NCBI GenBank assembly: GCA_051294905.1
Contig: CM119372.1
Coordinates: 1,550,001-1,614,000 of the forward strand
Reading direction: 5' to 3'
Source of the DNA: Botryllus schlosseri
Taxonomy: Eukaryota
Length of the DNA stretch: 64,000 nucleotides
Under the pieces are notes generated by a model, which saw nothing but the letters and a program-made list of their open reading frames with translations, was not told where the DNA came from and made no database searches. Positions 26,073 through 36,247 of the stretch are shown here, piece after piece; within the stretch, counting starts at the first letter, position 1; each line of letters starts with the position of its first letter. The translations under genes and the position numbers were made by a program.

Positions 26073-29000
26073 TCACAACTGTCTGCCGGTGAGGATAACG
26101 AATTCAGCCACTGGCAGTATAATCCGTGGGTCTGATAACAGTTTTTTGAGCTGAAACGGTATGCCTAGATTCGCCGCTGTAGTCTTCAAGTGATCGCGGT
26201 GGGTCGAGTAGTGTTCGCAATCAATTAAAAAGTGGTCGACCGTCTCGTTGACATCGCACGCATCGCATAAACCCGTGTCATGACACCCGATTCTGCGAAG
26301 GTGCCAGTTGAGTCTGCAGTGGCCCGTTTGCAATCTTATGAGAATTGATGAGATTTTTCGTGAAGATATGCTGCAGCTTGGCATGATTGTTTGCGAAGCA
26401 AATATTTCGCGATATTGCGAATATTCATCTGAGTCCTTGAATTCATCATTCCATCTTTGCTCACAGTGTTTGGCGATTTGCAGTCGTACTTCCTTGATTG
26501 ACAGCGAGATTTGTTCGACGTCACGAGCTGACGTTGGGCACGCTGCGTTTCTGGCTAGCTGATCAGCCTGCTCGTTTTGCCCCACTCCACTGTGCCCGGG
26601 AATCCATATTATATGCGTAATTATGTTGCTCCGCGACAGATTTCTGCAAGACAGAATAATTTGAGTGATTAAAAAATTCTCATACTGACGATTGGCTATG
26701 GCCCAAATAGCACTCAGACTGTCTGAAAAAATAGCTAATTCACACTGTGGGCGAAGATTGTTTTCAGCCCACAAAAGACCCTTTATTATCCCGACAAGCT
26801 CCGCAGTAAATACGGACACTTGTTGTGGGAGAGCGACATTAAAAGAGTACTTAACACTCTCGACAAAGAATCCTGCGCCACATCCGTGGTCGTTTTTAGA
26901 GCCGTCACTGTAGATCCTTGTGTGGTTCCTATATTTTTCATTAATGTACTGGTTGCAAGTTAGTTCAATGGCAATAGGGTGGTGTAAATTGGCAATTTGC
27001 GAATACAAACTGTCGTCCACACATATATAAATATCATCCCATGGGGGATTAGGCGGGGATTGTATGCGGTGAAGATGTAGCTCATCTAGCCACCGAAGTT
27101 TACTCAACATATTGAATGTGATGAATTGCTGAGAGTCCGGAAAAATTTCATGCCATGATTGAATTATCATGTTACGGCAGGGGTGATTTTCTCTTGCTCT
27201 AATGTTACAGCGATATTTTAGGCAGGAATACAAGTGTCTAATTTTTACGGGTTGTTCCCTGCAGGAGTGCTGTAGCGCATAGATAGGGGTACTATGCATA
27301 GCACCGCTGCATATCCTGAGCGCGGCATTCTGGATTGTTTGTATAGACCTCAATACGTAATTTGGAGAGAATAAATAAGCTTCTTGTCCGTATTCAATAA
27401 CTGATCTAATCAAGGACCTGTAAAGAGCTAGCAGGCACTGTTTTGAAGCACCCCAGGATGTACCTGCTAAAGAGCGAAGAAGGTTTAGGCGCTTAGTGCA
27501 TTTTTCAACCACCATTCGGGAATGGCTTCGGTAATTAAGTTTGGAGTCAAAGATTACCCCCAAGTATTTATATTCCGGTTGAACTTGCACGGGAGAGTCG
27601 CATAGCCGTAAATTTATTTCAGGGGTTTTTCTCCGCCGGGTGAAAAGGACTGCCGCTGATTTCTTAATGTTGACTTTGAAACCCCACCGTATGCACCATT
27701 CCGAAACACCGTCAAGTGAATTTTGAATTTTACTAGCGAGTTCCGAGATTTGTAAATCCGACTCCCATAAACAGACATCGTCGGCAAACAAGTTGACACT
27801 CGATGCAATAACATCAGGAAGATCGTTTATCATGATTGTGAACAGCAACGGGCTAATTACGCTTCCTTGGGGTGTGCCATTTTCTAATTCAAACGTATCA
27901 GACAACGTGGTACCAACGCGAACTTGGAATGTGCGTCTGCTAAGGAAAGAGTATATCCAATTAATTATGTGACCAGATAGCCCAAGCCTTTGCAATTTGA
28001 AAATCACTCCTTCCCTCCAAACCATATCGTACGCCTTCTCAAAGTCGACAAATACAGCTAATACTGATCTCTTGTTCCAAATTGACTTGTATACCTCATC
28101 GTGAAGAGACATAATACAGTCAGTGGTGGATCTTCCTGGTCGGAAACCACTTTGATTGATGTTGAAAAAATTTCGATCTGTGAGCCACCAATTCAACCTA
28201 TTTGCTACAAGTCTTTCCATAATTTTGCAAAGGTTGCTGGTAAGGGAGATTGGTCGGTACGACGACGCCGCGTTGGTTGGTTTACCCTGTTTTGGCAGAG
28301 GAATGATTATGGAGTGTCTCCAAGAGTCTGGGCACCGTTGAGATGCCCAACATTTGTTTATTGATTCGAGCAGTTTAACTAAGCAATCTGTGTCCAAATT
28401 CAATATCATCTTCGAGCATAGTCTGTCTTGGCCTGGAGATGTGTTTTTTCTAGGTTTCAGGATTTTTTGGAACTCTTCCCAAGTGAAGGGAGAATTAATA
28501 TCTTCACCGTCTATCATGTTTTCGTGCAATGCACACCGAACTTCCCTTTCAACCTCGCACCTTCTGAGAATGTGTGAAGGATCAAGGTTACGGTTGCTAC
28601 TGGCTGATGCAAAGTGCCGAGCGAGCTCATTTGCTTTGTCGATGTCTTCAGTCAGTATTCCATTGGAGGAGTCAAGTGATTGAATGTGACTCCATGTTTT
28701 CGAGCCAGACATTGATCGAATGGTCCTCCAGACTTCTGACAATTTCGAGTTGTTCGTGAGTCCGTCGCAAAACTTCCGCCAGAAGTCTCGTTTGGCTGAG
28801 AGTATCGTCTTCCTTGCTAAGGCCCGTTGCCTTCGGAATTCAATTATTTCCGTCTCGTGGAAAGTTCTTTTCATTTTCAAGTACGCCACCCTTTTGAGAC
28901 GCGTAGCTTTTGAACATTCCTTAGTCCACCAAGGAACGCATGTCCTTTTTGATGACGGTTTAGTCAGCGGGATAGTTTCAGTGGCCGCTTTAATGATCGC

Positions 29001-29858
29001 GTTAGTTACTGCGTCAATAGACAATGCATCAGCCCCGTCAGAAGCGGATGAAAAATATTTGTGTGCATTGTCTTTAAATTTGGCCCAATTTGCATTTCGG
29101 AATGACCAAGACAAGACGTGGGTCTCTTGACACTTCACGTGGAAGTTGGATTCACTAGTTATTATATAATGATCGCTTCCCAATAGTTTATCCGTCACAG
29201 AGGTTGATATCTTGTGACTGACGTCTTTCGAGCATATGGTAAGATCTAACAGAGACGTGGAACCAGGGTTCGGTCTCGATAGGTTCAATCGCGTAGGCAC
29301 CGTCGTATTGTTGACAACAAGTTCCATATCATCTATGATATGATATAGATGTCGTCCGTTCCGGTTTGAAGAAGAGGCGCTCCATAGCGTGTGGTGCGCG
29401 TTGAAATCGCCAACGATGATACTTTTCGCGCTACGTCCCGAGAAACAGCGTTGCATGACTGGTCGTGATACAACTCGATTCGGTGGAATGTAGACGTTCA
29501 TAATAGAAATATCGCCTACTTGGATAGCTAACGCTTCTACTGGATCAATGTCTCCGATGTTTATCTCGCTGAAATTTATCCCACACTTTATAAAGAGACA
29601 AATTCCTCCACCGTGGATATTTCGGTCTTTCCTCAATAAATTGTAATTAGTAATCTTCGGCGTGTATTTGGATACAAGATGAGTCTCTTGTAACGCAATG
29701 ATATCTGGTTTCGGGTTGGTAGTTTCGATGAAATGCTTAAACTCGTTGATTTTGCGGTATATTCCCCTACAATTCCATTGTATTAAAGAGAAAAGGGCGT
29801 CCGTTGACTGGTACTCGCAGTGTTTTCTGTCATGTTGCTCATACTGAGGTCCATGCAT
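26073..29858 (-). CDS. LINE ORF2: AP endonuclease - reverse transcriptase - RNase H - CCHC finger
   Basis: 1261-aa ORF. APE: WNCRG, LQETH, GDFNAH, SDH. RT: YRPISL, DFEKAYD, PQGSVISP, FADD, YLG. RNase H: YSDGS, AEL, SDS, WIPGH, NEQAD. C-terminal finger: CDAC...H...C. Confidence 0.97.
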   Translation of the reverse strand: MHGPQYEQHDRKHCEYQSTDALFSLIQWNCRGIYRKINEFKHFIETTNPKPDIIALQETHLVSKYTPKITNYNLLRKDRNIHGGGICLFIKCGINFSEINIGDIDPVEALAIQVGDISIMNVYIPPNRVVSRPVMQRCFSGRSAKSIIVGDFNAHHTLWSASSSNRNGRHLYHIIDDMELVVNNTTVPTRLNLSRPNPGSTSLLDLTICSKDVSHKISTSVTDKLLGSDHYIITSESNFHVKCQETHVLSWSFRNANWAKFKDNAHKYFSSASDGADALSIDAVTNAIIKAATETIPLTKPSSKRTCVPWWTKECSKATRLKRVAYLKMKRTFHETEIIEFRRQRALARKTILSAKRDFWRKFCDGLTNNSKLSEVWRTIRSMSGSKTWSHIQSLDSSNGILTEDIDKANELARHFASASSNRNLDPSHILRRCEVEREVRCALHENMIDGEDINSPFTWEEFQKILKPRKNTSPGQDRLCSKMILNLDTDCLVKLLESINKCWASQRCPDSWRHSIIIPLPKQGKPTNAASSYRPISLTSNLCKIMERLVANRLNWWLTDRNFFNINQSGFRPGRSTTDCIMSLHDEVYKSIWNKRSVLAVFVDFEKAYDMVWREGVIFKLQRLGLSGHIINWIYSFLSRRTFQVRVGTTLSDTFELENGTPQGSVISPLLFTIMINDLPDVIASSVNLFADDVCLWESDLQISELASKIQNSLDGVSEWCIRWGFKVNIKKSAAVLFTRRRKTPEINLRLCDSPVQVQPEYKYLGVIFDSKLNYRSHSRMVVEKCTKRLNLLRSLAGTSWGASKQCLLALYRSLIRSVIEYGQEAYLFSPNYVLRSIQTIQNAALRICSGAMHSTPIYALQHSCREQPVKIRHLYSCLKYRCNIRARENHPCRNMIIQSWHEIFPDSQQFITFNMLSKLRWLDELHLHRIQSPPNPPWDDIYICVDDSLYSQIANLHHPIAIELTCNQYINEKYRNHTRIYSDGSKNDHGCGAGFFVESVKYSFNVALPQQVSVFTAELVGIIKGLLWAENNLRPQCELAIFSDSLSAIWAIANRQYENFLITQIILSCRNLSRSNIITHIIWIPGHSGVGQNEQADQLARNAACPTSARDVEQISLSIKEVRLQIAKHCEQRWNDEFKDSDEYSQYREIFASQTIMPSCSISSRKISSILIRLQTGHCRLNWHLRRIGCHDTGLCDACDVNETVDHFLIDCEHYSTHRDHLKTTAANLGIPFQLKKLLSDPRIILPVAEFVILTGRQL

Positions 29859-31192
29859 TCACTATTTATTTCCTCTGCGGCTGCAGAGTGCATGGTCGTT
29901 GTTCGCGATGACGTGGACTCGTTAGGAACAAATCTCTGTACTTCTTGAGGCTGTCGCATTGCAATTTGCGGGCTAGCAGGTGACGATATGGCAGTTTTAT
30001 TGGTTTGACCTTCATCGACATTGTGGACTGGCGTGGGCATCGGTATACCGAAATTCTCTCCGGCGGACTGAGCGATAATTGCGTCAATTTGCGGAGCTTT
30101 TCCATCCGCCATAGACAGTAGCGTGTTCTTCATAACCTCGGCTATAAAGTTGAAAAATGTTGCCAAGGGGATCGTGATGTTTCCGTCGCTAGTGACCGCG
30201 AGAGGTGAAGGTGCGGAGCTTTTATTCATGACAGTATGGGGCGATTTCGCAGCGTTCAATATGTTCGAGGTTGAAGCACTCGCGCGATGAAAATTCTTAT
30301 TAGGTTCATACACTGATCCCGGCAAAGTAGGAAATTCGGAATGCGATTGGATATCAGGAGCCTGTGCTTCTCGCAGATGCAGCTGTCTCGCCTGCCAATA
30401 ATTGATTTTTTGATCAGTCATTATTGCGTTTATCTTCGCCTCTTGTTTGTACCGTGTACATCCGCCGTAACTCGCCGAATGAGCCGCTCCGCAATTAACG
30501 CAATACGGTTCATTTGAACATTTCTTGTCTACATGCCTCATCCCACATCTGGTACATCGCTGAGCACTACGACAGTGTTTGGACTTATGACCATAACGAT
30601 TACAATTGAAGCAACGGGTTGGGGGTGGGTTATACGGACGTGTCCTAAATCTAAGAAATCCGATATTGACTATAGGCGGTAGTATGGTTGAACCAAAGCA
30701 AAGCAACACAGATCTACTAGGCTTTGATTCTCCGTCGGATCTATACGAAAACCGGCGCACGTACACTACGCGTTGATCACCCAAGATCTGTTTCAAATCG
30801 TCGTCTGACATATCCAAGGGTACATTAGCAATAACTCCACGAACCTCCGGCGCTCTCACTTTATGGACTTCGGCGCGAACTTCCACTTTTTTGTCGTTAT
30901 CTCCAAGATTATTGCAAGCCAGGAGATTAGATAGCTGTTTGGCATTGCTGCACTTAACCCACAAATCACCCGATGGCAAAACTTTGATGTCACTATAAGG
31001 CCCCCCAAGTACACGATGAAGCCCGTTGTTAATGGTAATCGGGTTATATTGACGTAAAGGTTTCGTTATTCCTTTGACCACTGCAGCCAAATTAACTTCC
31101 GCGACTACAGTATCACTAGCCATCCCTTTAGACGCAGGACCTTCTAAAACATCGCTAGCGGAACGCTTTTGTCCGCCGCTTACGCTAGGCAT
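29783..31192 (-). CDS. LINE ORF1 (gag-like nucleic-acid-binding protein, three zinc knuckles)
   Basis: 469-aa ORF with CFNCNRYGHKSKHC, CTRCGMRHVDKKC and CVNCGAAHSASYGGC, preceded by the RGVI.NVP region typical of I/jockey-group ORF1. Confidence 0.93.
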   Translation of the reverse strand: MPSVSGGQKRSASDVLEGPASKGMASDTVVAEVNLAAVVKGITKPLRQYNPITINNGLHRVLGGPYSDIKVLPSGDLWVKCSNAKQLSNLLACNNLGDNDKKVEVRAEVHKVRAPEVRGVIANVPLDMSDDDLKQILGDQRVVYVRRFSYRSDGESKPSRSVLLCFGSTILPPIVNIGFLRFRTRPYNPPPTRCFNCNRYGHKSKHCRSAQRCTRCGMRHVDKKCSNEPYCVNCGAAHSASYGGCTRYKQEAKINAIMTDQKINYWQARQLHLREAQAPDIQSHSEFPTLPGSVYEPNKNFHRASASTSNILNAAKSPHTVMNKSSAPSPLAVTSDGNITIPLATFFNFIAEVMKNTLLSMADGKAPQIDAIIAQSAGENFGIPMPTPVHNVDEGQTNKTAISSPASPQIAMRQPQEVQRFVPNESTSSRTTTMHSAAAEEINSECMDLSMSNMTENTASTSQRTPFSL

Positions 31193-31335
31193 CTGATGCC
31201 AAATATGTCAGTTGACGAACTATTTCTATATTCACTATACTGTTATAACAACAAATATAACGACTACACCTGGTTTAGAGACGTAAATCTCTTGTCGATG
31301 TCGCAGCAGTCGTACGTTCCGTTGATTAGGATTGG

Positions 31336-31370
31336 ACGTCCTTCCTCGACGACGTTCACCACTCGAATGA
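31336..31370 (-). promoter_or_regulatory. Internal Pol II promoter of the LINE: Inr (TCATTC) + DPE (GGACGT at +28 to +33)
   Basis: The - strand reads TCATTCGAGTGGTGAACGTCGTCGAGGAAGGACGT. With A+1 at 31368, GGACGT falls exactly at +28..+33. Confidence 0.7.
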
Positions 31371-31932
31371 TTTTCGTTTATAACACGGGCGCAGCTATCG
31401 GCGCATCAGTGCTGGTCCCACTAGCAGGTTTTCTTTACCAGGAAAATCCGTTTTCAGCGGTGAGTGAACTTAAGTTGCTGTACAATACGATACTTATCTG
31501 AAACGGGTAATGCTAATATATAGGTAGGGATGGTGTGAACGTGAGGTTCATGTTCGCGTTCGGTCCGTGAACCTCGGGAATTTAGAGGTTCACGTTCACA
31601 AACGAACATTGGTAGGTCGACATTTATTGCATTTCGACTGCGAGCCACTCTATGCATGGCGCTGGCAGCATAAAAAATCAACACTAAACGAACATGCACC
31701 TGACAATCGCAAAAATTATAGATGCTTTGTTGCAAAAGTTTGCTAGATATATCCAGCTTTCCGTTTGTGAATATTTAGCGACTCTCTGCTGTGAGCTTGA
31801 TCACACAACATCAAGAGCGAAATACACTACATGTAGGTAGTCAGCGAATGATGTTTATTCCACCAATCAATGAAATTGATATCGTTCTCTGATGTAAAAA
31901 AATCTATCAGGCGTACGGGGTCAATCTCGATT

Positions 31933-33300
31933 TCTGTTCTGTTCTGTTCGGTTTATTAGCAATTTATATCAGTTCAATACACCACAAAAATTGCGATACA
32001 ATGAAAAGATAGGAAGGTGTCGGAACGACTTTGAGTAGTCTACCGAATCAGACACCCACCTTGGCCTAGGGCAGAGGTCTCAAACACGCGGCCCGCCAGA
32101 GCATTTTGTGCGGCCCGCGACGGCATTTTAGATTTAAGAAAGGCTTAAGTGTCACATATATCTTTTCAGGTTATAAAGTAAAAATTCCCTCTTAAATTGC
32201 TCCGAAAGCCTTAAACTATTCATCGAATTTCACTATCACATCAATTGCAAACGCTACCGCAGTGGAAGATTCACTATTTCGCCACATGTCCAATTCATGA
32301 TGACAAAACCTGACCCTTAGACGATTCGTGACTGAAATTTGTGAGTTGAACTTGGACATGACCTTTCTTAGGATTAGTCAGACTCGGGCTAACTCAATAG
32401 CAAAATGAAAATGACTCGAGTGGACTAGGAGTGACTCGGAATGCCGTGAATTTGTTAGAACCATGGACGCAAAAAACTAATCGCGTGTCAGGGGAATAGT
32501 AATAAATCAGAAGGTCGCAGCTTGGTATTTCGTAACTGAGCAAGTAGTTCTGGCAACCATTGGCAATCTGTTAGTTACATCTTCGGTCGCTAAACCATGT
32601 TAAGGCCACTTAAGGGTACCGAGTACCGTAGTGGTACATTCCAACGATGTAACAGCAATTGGCCGTTCGGCGTTCCGACATTTCAATCACTAGGACACAT
32701 TCAATAATATATTTATATTATTTTCTGCTCCTATATATGAAGATATTGGGCCATGAGATTATTAGTCTATAACTTATCAGAAGTATACTCGAATCCTGGA
32801 TTGGAATTACTATGCTCAACTTGAAAATGTTTTTATATCTGATCAGTCTCTATTATCAATCTGTTGAATTCAAAATATTCATTGTAGCTGAAAAATTATA
32901 ACCCGATAGCTTTTATGATGGCATCATATATTTGTCCGCCCATCAAGTACAACAGCAATTATATTCAAATAGTTATAAGTGTGATGATTCTTTTTGTGCC
33001 AGTCCTAAATTGATACATGAGTAAATCACATTTTGACGATGTGTGTTTACTCTCAGTCTGCTGGATCGGCTCACTCTCAATAGGACAATTCATTCCCGCC
33101 AAATAAGGCCTACTTGGAAAGACATAGAATACCCCTATAAATGCTGCGGCCCGCGGCGTCGCCAAAACTGGAAAACTGGCCCACGAGCACATTTGAGTTT
33201 GAGACCTCTGGCCTAGGGCCTAGGCAATGTAAAGAATAGGCATGCACACTGAATGAAAAGTAACAGAAGAGAGTATAGAAAAGCAAGCAACAAAAAATTT
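31933..33300 (-). mobile_element. Retroelement 3'-end fragment (AATAAA + (GAACA)n tail on the - strand), split by 32072-33210
   Basis: 31951-32070 plus 33219-33290 join to match the uninterrupted copy at about 41581-41765. A partial opposite-strand copy lies at about 51025-51110. Confidence 0.7.
32072..33210. mobile_element. Non-autonomous hAT (Charlie-like) element
   Basis: CAGAGGTCTCAAAC...GTTTGAGACCTCTG with TSD GCCTAGGG on both sides. Confidence 0.92.
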
Positions 33301-35934
33301 GGTGGCATATCACGAAAGGCGAGATCGATAAGTCAGGTCGTGATCCGGTAATCTTGATGACGGACTGTAGTATTTCATATGTTTATTGTATCATAAAAAC
33401 TAAAGCCGTGCGATTGAGGAGTTGGCTACTGCTGTATAACTTATTAATGGGGAAATATCGGCAGCAAGTAAAGAAATCCGTTTTACACTCTGCTCAATAT
33501 TAACGTAGCAATACGCTGACGCCGAATATATTGTCCGGTCTGACCTATATAGACTGTGAAGACATAAGCTTTTACTCCCTTGCATGTCCTCGTCGAAAGA
33601 TATTGGTTTTATGGGATTATTATATCATTTGATTGCCTCAGTTGATACATTTGGCGATGTTTAAAACGTCAATATGTACTTCAGCATCGTGGCATTATGT
33701 GGCCCTAGCTGTCGCTAGGTATCGTGTACGGTAGTTTAATATATAGTCAATCACTTCACTGAAATGTAGGGTTGCAATTAGCAATATGAAGTCACGTGAC
33801 GTCATTAGGTTCACAATACCATCCCTGCTAATAGGGACCAGTAGTTTTACTTATATTTTATGTGGAATAACGCTATCATGTCGAATACAAACTGTGACAC
33901 ATCAAATTTGTAAAATAATTTCTCAACTTCATCAGATGTATCTCGTGACTGGAGCCAACATTGCGACCGTCGTGTTTTTCGCTCTGATGAATGTATTCAG
34001 ACGTTACGCGCGAAAGAAACGCGGAGAAACTCCTTCCTGAGAGTTCGGAACACGCGACTGTGTGTAAAAGCCAAGTTCGAAATGGAGCGTATTCGAGTGT
34101 CGTTGATCATTTCGTAGAGTGTGAAGTTGATATTTTATCACATATAAAAACTGGGCCTATCCCGCAACTGCTGCGTATACTCTGCGAAATAGGCAGACTT
34201 ATTTCGTCATTGATATAATCACAGTCTCTCACATGTGACAACAATAGGATCAAAAGGCAACTGGTCTTCCATTGCATGTCCCCTCATAGAAGTTCGTAAG
34301 TTTGTTTTTGGTTTGGCTGTAGACCTATTTGGATTCAGCGAGGGATATGTAGAGTTCAAGATATTCCTGGATTCAGCGATCCGTTCTAAACATTTTGTAT
34401 TGTTTAGTATCGTATCATTCGTATGTATGCTTCTACGATTATGAGAGCGCAGGTAGTGGAGTTATCTCACGGGTTCATCTTAAGTTGACAGTCGTCCATA
34501 GTCGAGGTACTGTCTTCCAAGAGCGAACACCTAACTGCACGAAGGAGTACATTCCCAGATTTACCGCGTAAGCCCCTTCGGCATATACACCTAGTCACCT
34601 ATAGCTATGTCAGTGGTTCTCAAAGTATGAGGCGTTCGAATAACACGAATACACACCAATAGGCTGGTATGCATTCGATGTTCTCCTACTGCAAATATCG
34701 TCCCCTTGGTAACACTATACGTCGATTGGCAGTAACGACTAACGAATCAGCTTATATGACCTCCATTGTTGTTTTCAACGAATAGCGGTACTACCAACCA
34801 TAGGGAGCCAACTGGATTATTTTGGAAAAACCCAAACGCGAACAAAACCTCGCGTCACTTTAGAAATATAACAGAACGACAAACGGAATGCTGCGCATTG
34901 TATTTTCGGATAACTTCAATCGAGAGAAATTTAATTATTGTCCATATTTCTTTCTCAAATGACTGCCTTGCGAAGTTGATACGAGTACCAACTATATGGA
35001 CAGCTGTCGTTACAGCAGCACTAGCGCAACTATGGCGGTGCCAAATGACGCGCTCTCCCCGATCTTTAAAACCGCGTGAGGCTATTTTCATAGGCAACGT
35101 CACTGACAATCTGTGAAAAGTCAAACCCGCAATTTTCGTAGCAGATTACCGGAGTGCAATGAAAGGATATTTACTGTTGTCTAAATATGTTGCAATTAAT
35201 AATAGCCGGTAGGAAAATGAACTGCAGGCTGACATCAGCACAAAATCCACTGCTTTTGCGTAACTTAAATGTACTGTCGTGAGCACGAAACATTGCTCTT
35301 ATGCAGTTTATTAATTCGGCTTTAATGAACAAATACCTTCAGTGCAAGAAACAGATAGTGGTAGACAGTTTCCAATCAATACAGCCCAAGCCAGTATTAC
35401 GACGAATGAACAAAAAAGAGCAATCCTAATCACTAAGAAACTGAATCAGCCCCAAATTAACACCAAATATACAACATATACACATAATATGGCAATAAGG
35501 TCCGTCATGGAACAAGTTCGGCCTCATATATCATGGAACCAACACCAGGATTCTTTCTTGGGCGTGTATCCGTCAGCGAATTATGAAGGTTGGTAGGCCT
35601 ATATACCGAACACGACCCATTCCTATATTATAAACGCGTCTACTGTAAAATAATGCTAGTTGACGAACCTAGTTTTATTGCAATAACGATACAAATACAC
35701 GTTTTATCCATTAATGACCACTGACCACGCTCGTACACGCTTCGAAGCGGATTTATGAGAAGTCGCGCTTTATCAAATGCATTGGCCTACAAACAATGCA
35801 CAGCTTATATCAAACAGTGATGTTTGTAATGCTAACACGCATTATACACAATTGCAGTTACGTTGAATCAAGTCTGCTGCCGTATACTGTTGTGTGTGTC
35901 GGTAAGAACGAACGATAACGTTTATAGTCCGGAC

Positions 35935-36112
35935 CAGGGCTACTGAACTATTTCTTAGCAAAGGTCTAGTTATAAAAGTTTAAAATTGGCTACGCTCCGT
36001 TATAACTGCCATAGAAATAACTTGCAACTGTTAAATACTGAGACTGATAAGATCAGGCATCAAGACTGAACGGTCCATATTCGGACCTAGGTCCGTCAGT
36101 TGAGTAGCCCTG
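35935..36112. mobile_element. Short hAT-like MITE just upstream of gene C
   Basis: CAGGGCTACTGAACT...AGTTGAGTAGCCCTG with a degenerate TSD GTCCGGAC/GTCTATAC. Confidence 0.7.
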
Positions 36113-36247
36113 GTCTATACTCTACTATTAGTGCAGAGTGTGCGAAGTACTGTATGAAATAATTCACAAGCAAGTATCGCTTCAGATACTATTCTGAGAT
36201 ATTGCAACCGAATTTCGTATGCAAGAAAAAGAAAAGACTGGATAGGA

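Larger units (their letters stand above)
25985..31369 (-). mobile_element. Full-length non-LTR retrotransposon (I group, Nimb/I-like), 5385 bp
   Basis: 12-bp TSD ATTTTCGTTTAT at 25973-25984 and 31370-31381. The 5' end reads CATTCGAG and the 3' tail reads TAA(CAA)n. Both ORFs are intact. Confidence 0.96.
19309..34040 (+). pseudogene. MFSD4: MFSD4/NaGLT1-like MFS transporter, paralog B; exon 11 interrupted by a full-length LINE (probable null allele; about 445 aa if the LINE is removed)
   Basis: Exons: 19309-19321, 19363-19448, 21325-21502, 21558-21674, 22357-22464, 22574-22663, 23089-23220, 23654-23796, 24125-24262, 25477-25570, exon 11 = 25929-25984 + 31382-31459, and 33936-34040 (TGA). All are GT-AG and in frame, with no other stops seen. 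Exon 1 is the least certain. Confidence 0.85.

Noticed and set aside
26308..29130. Several + strand ORFs within the LINE
   Set aside because: They are antisense shadows of ORF2 with no independent motifs.
31169..31501. 110-aa ORF as a stand-alone gene or normal exon
   Set aside because: It is a chimera of the antisense LINE 5' end and the second half of gene B exon 11.
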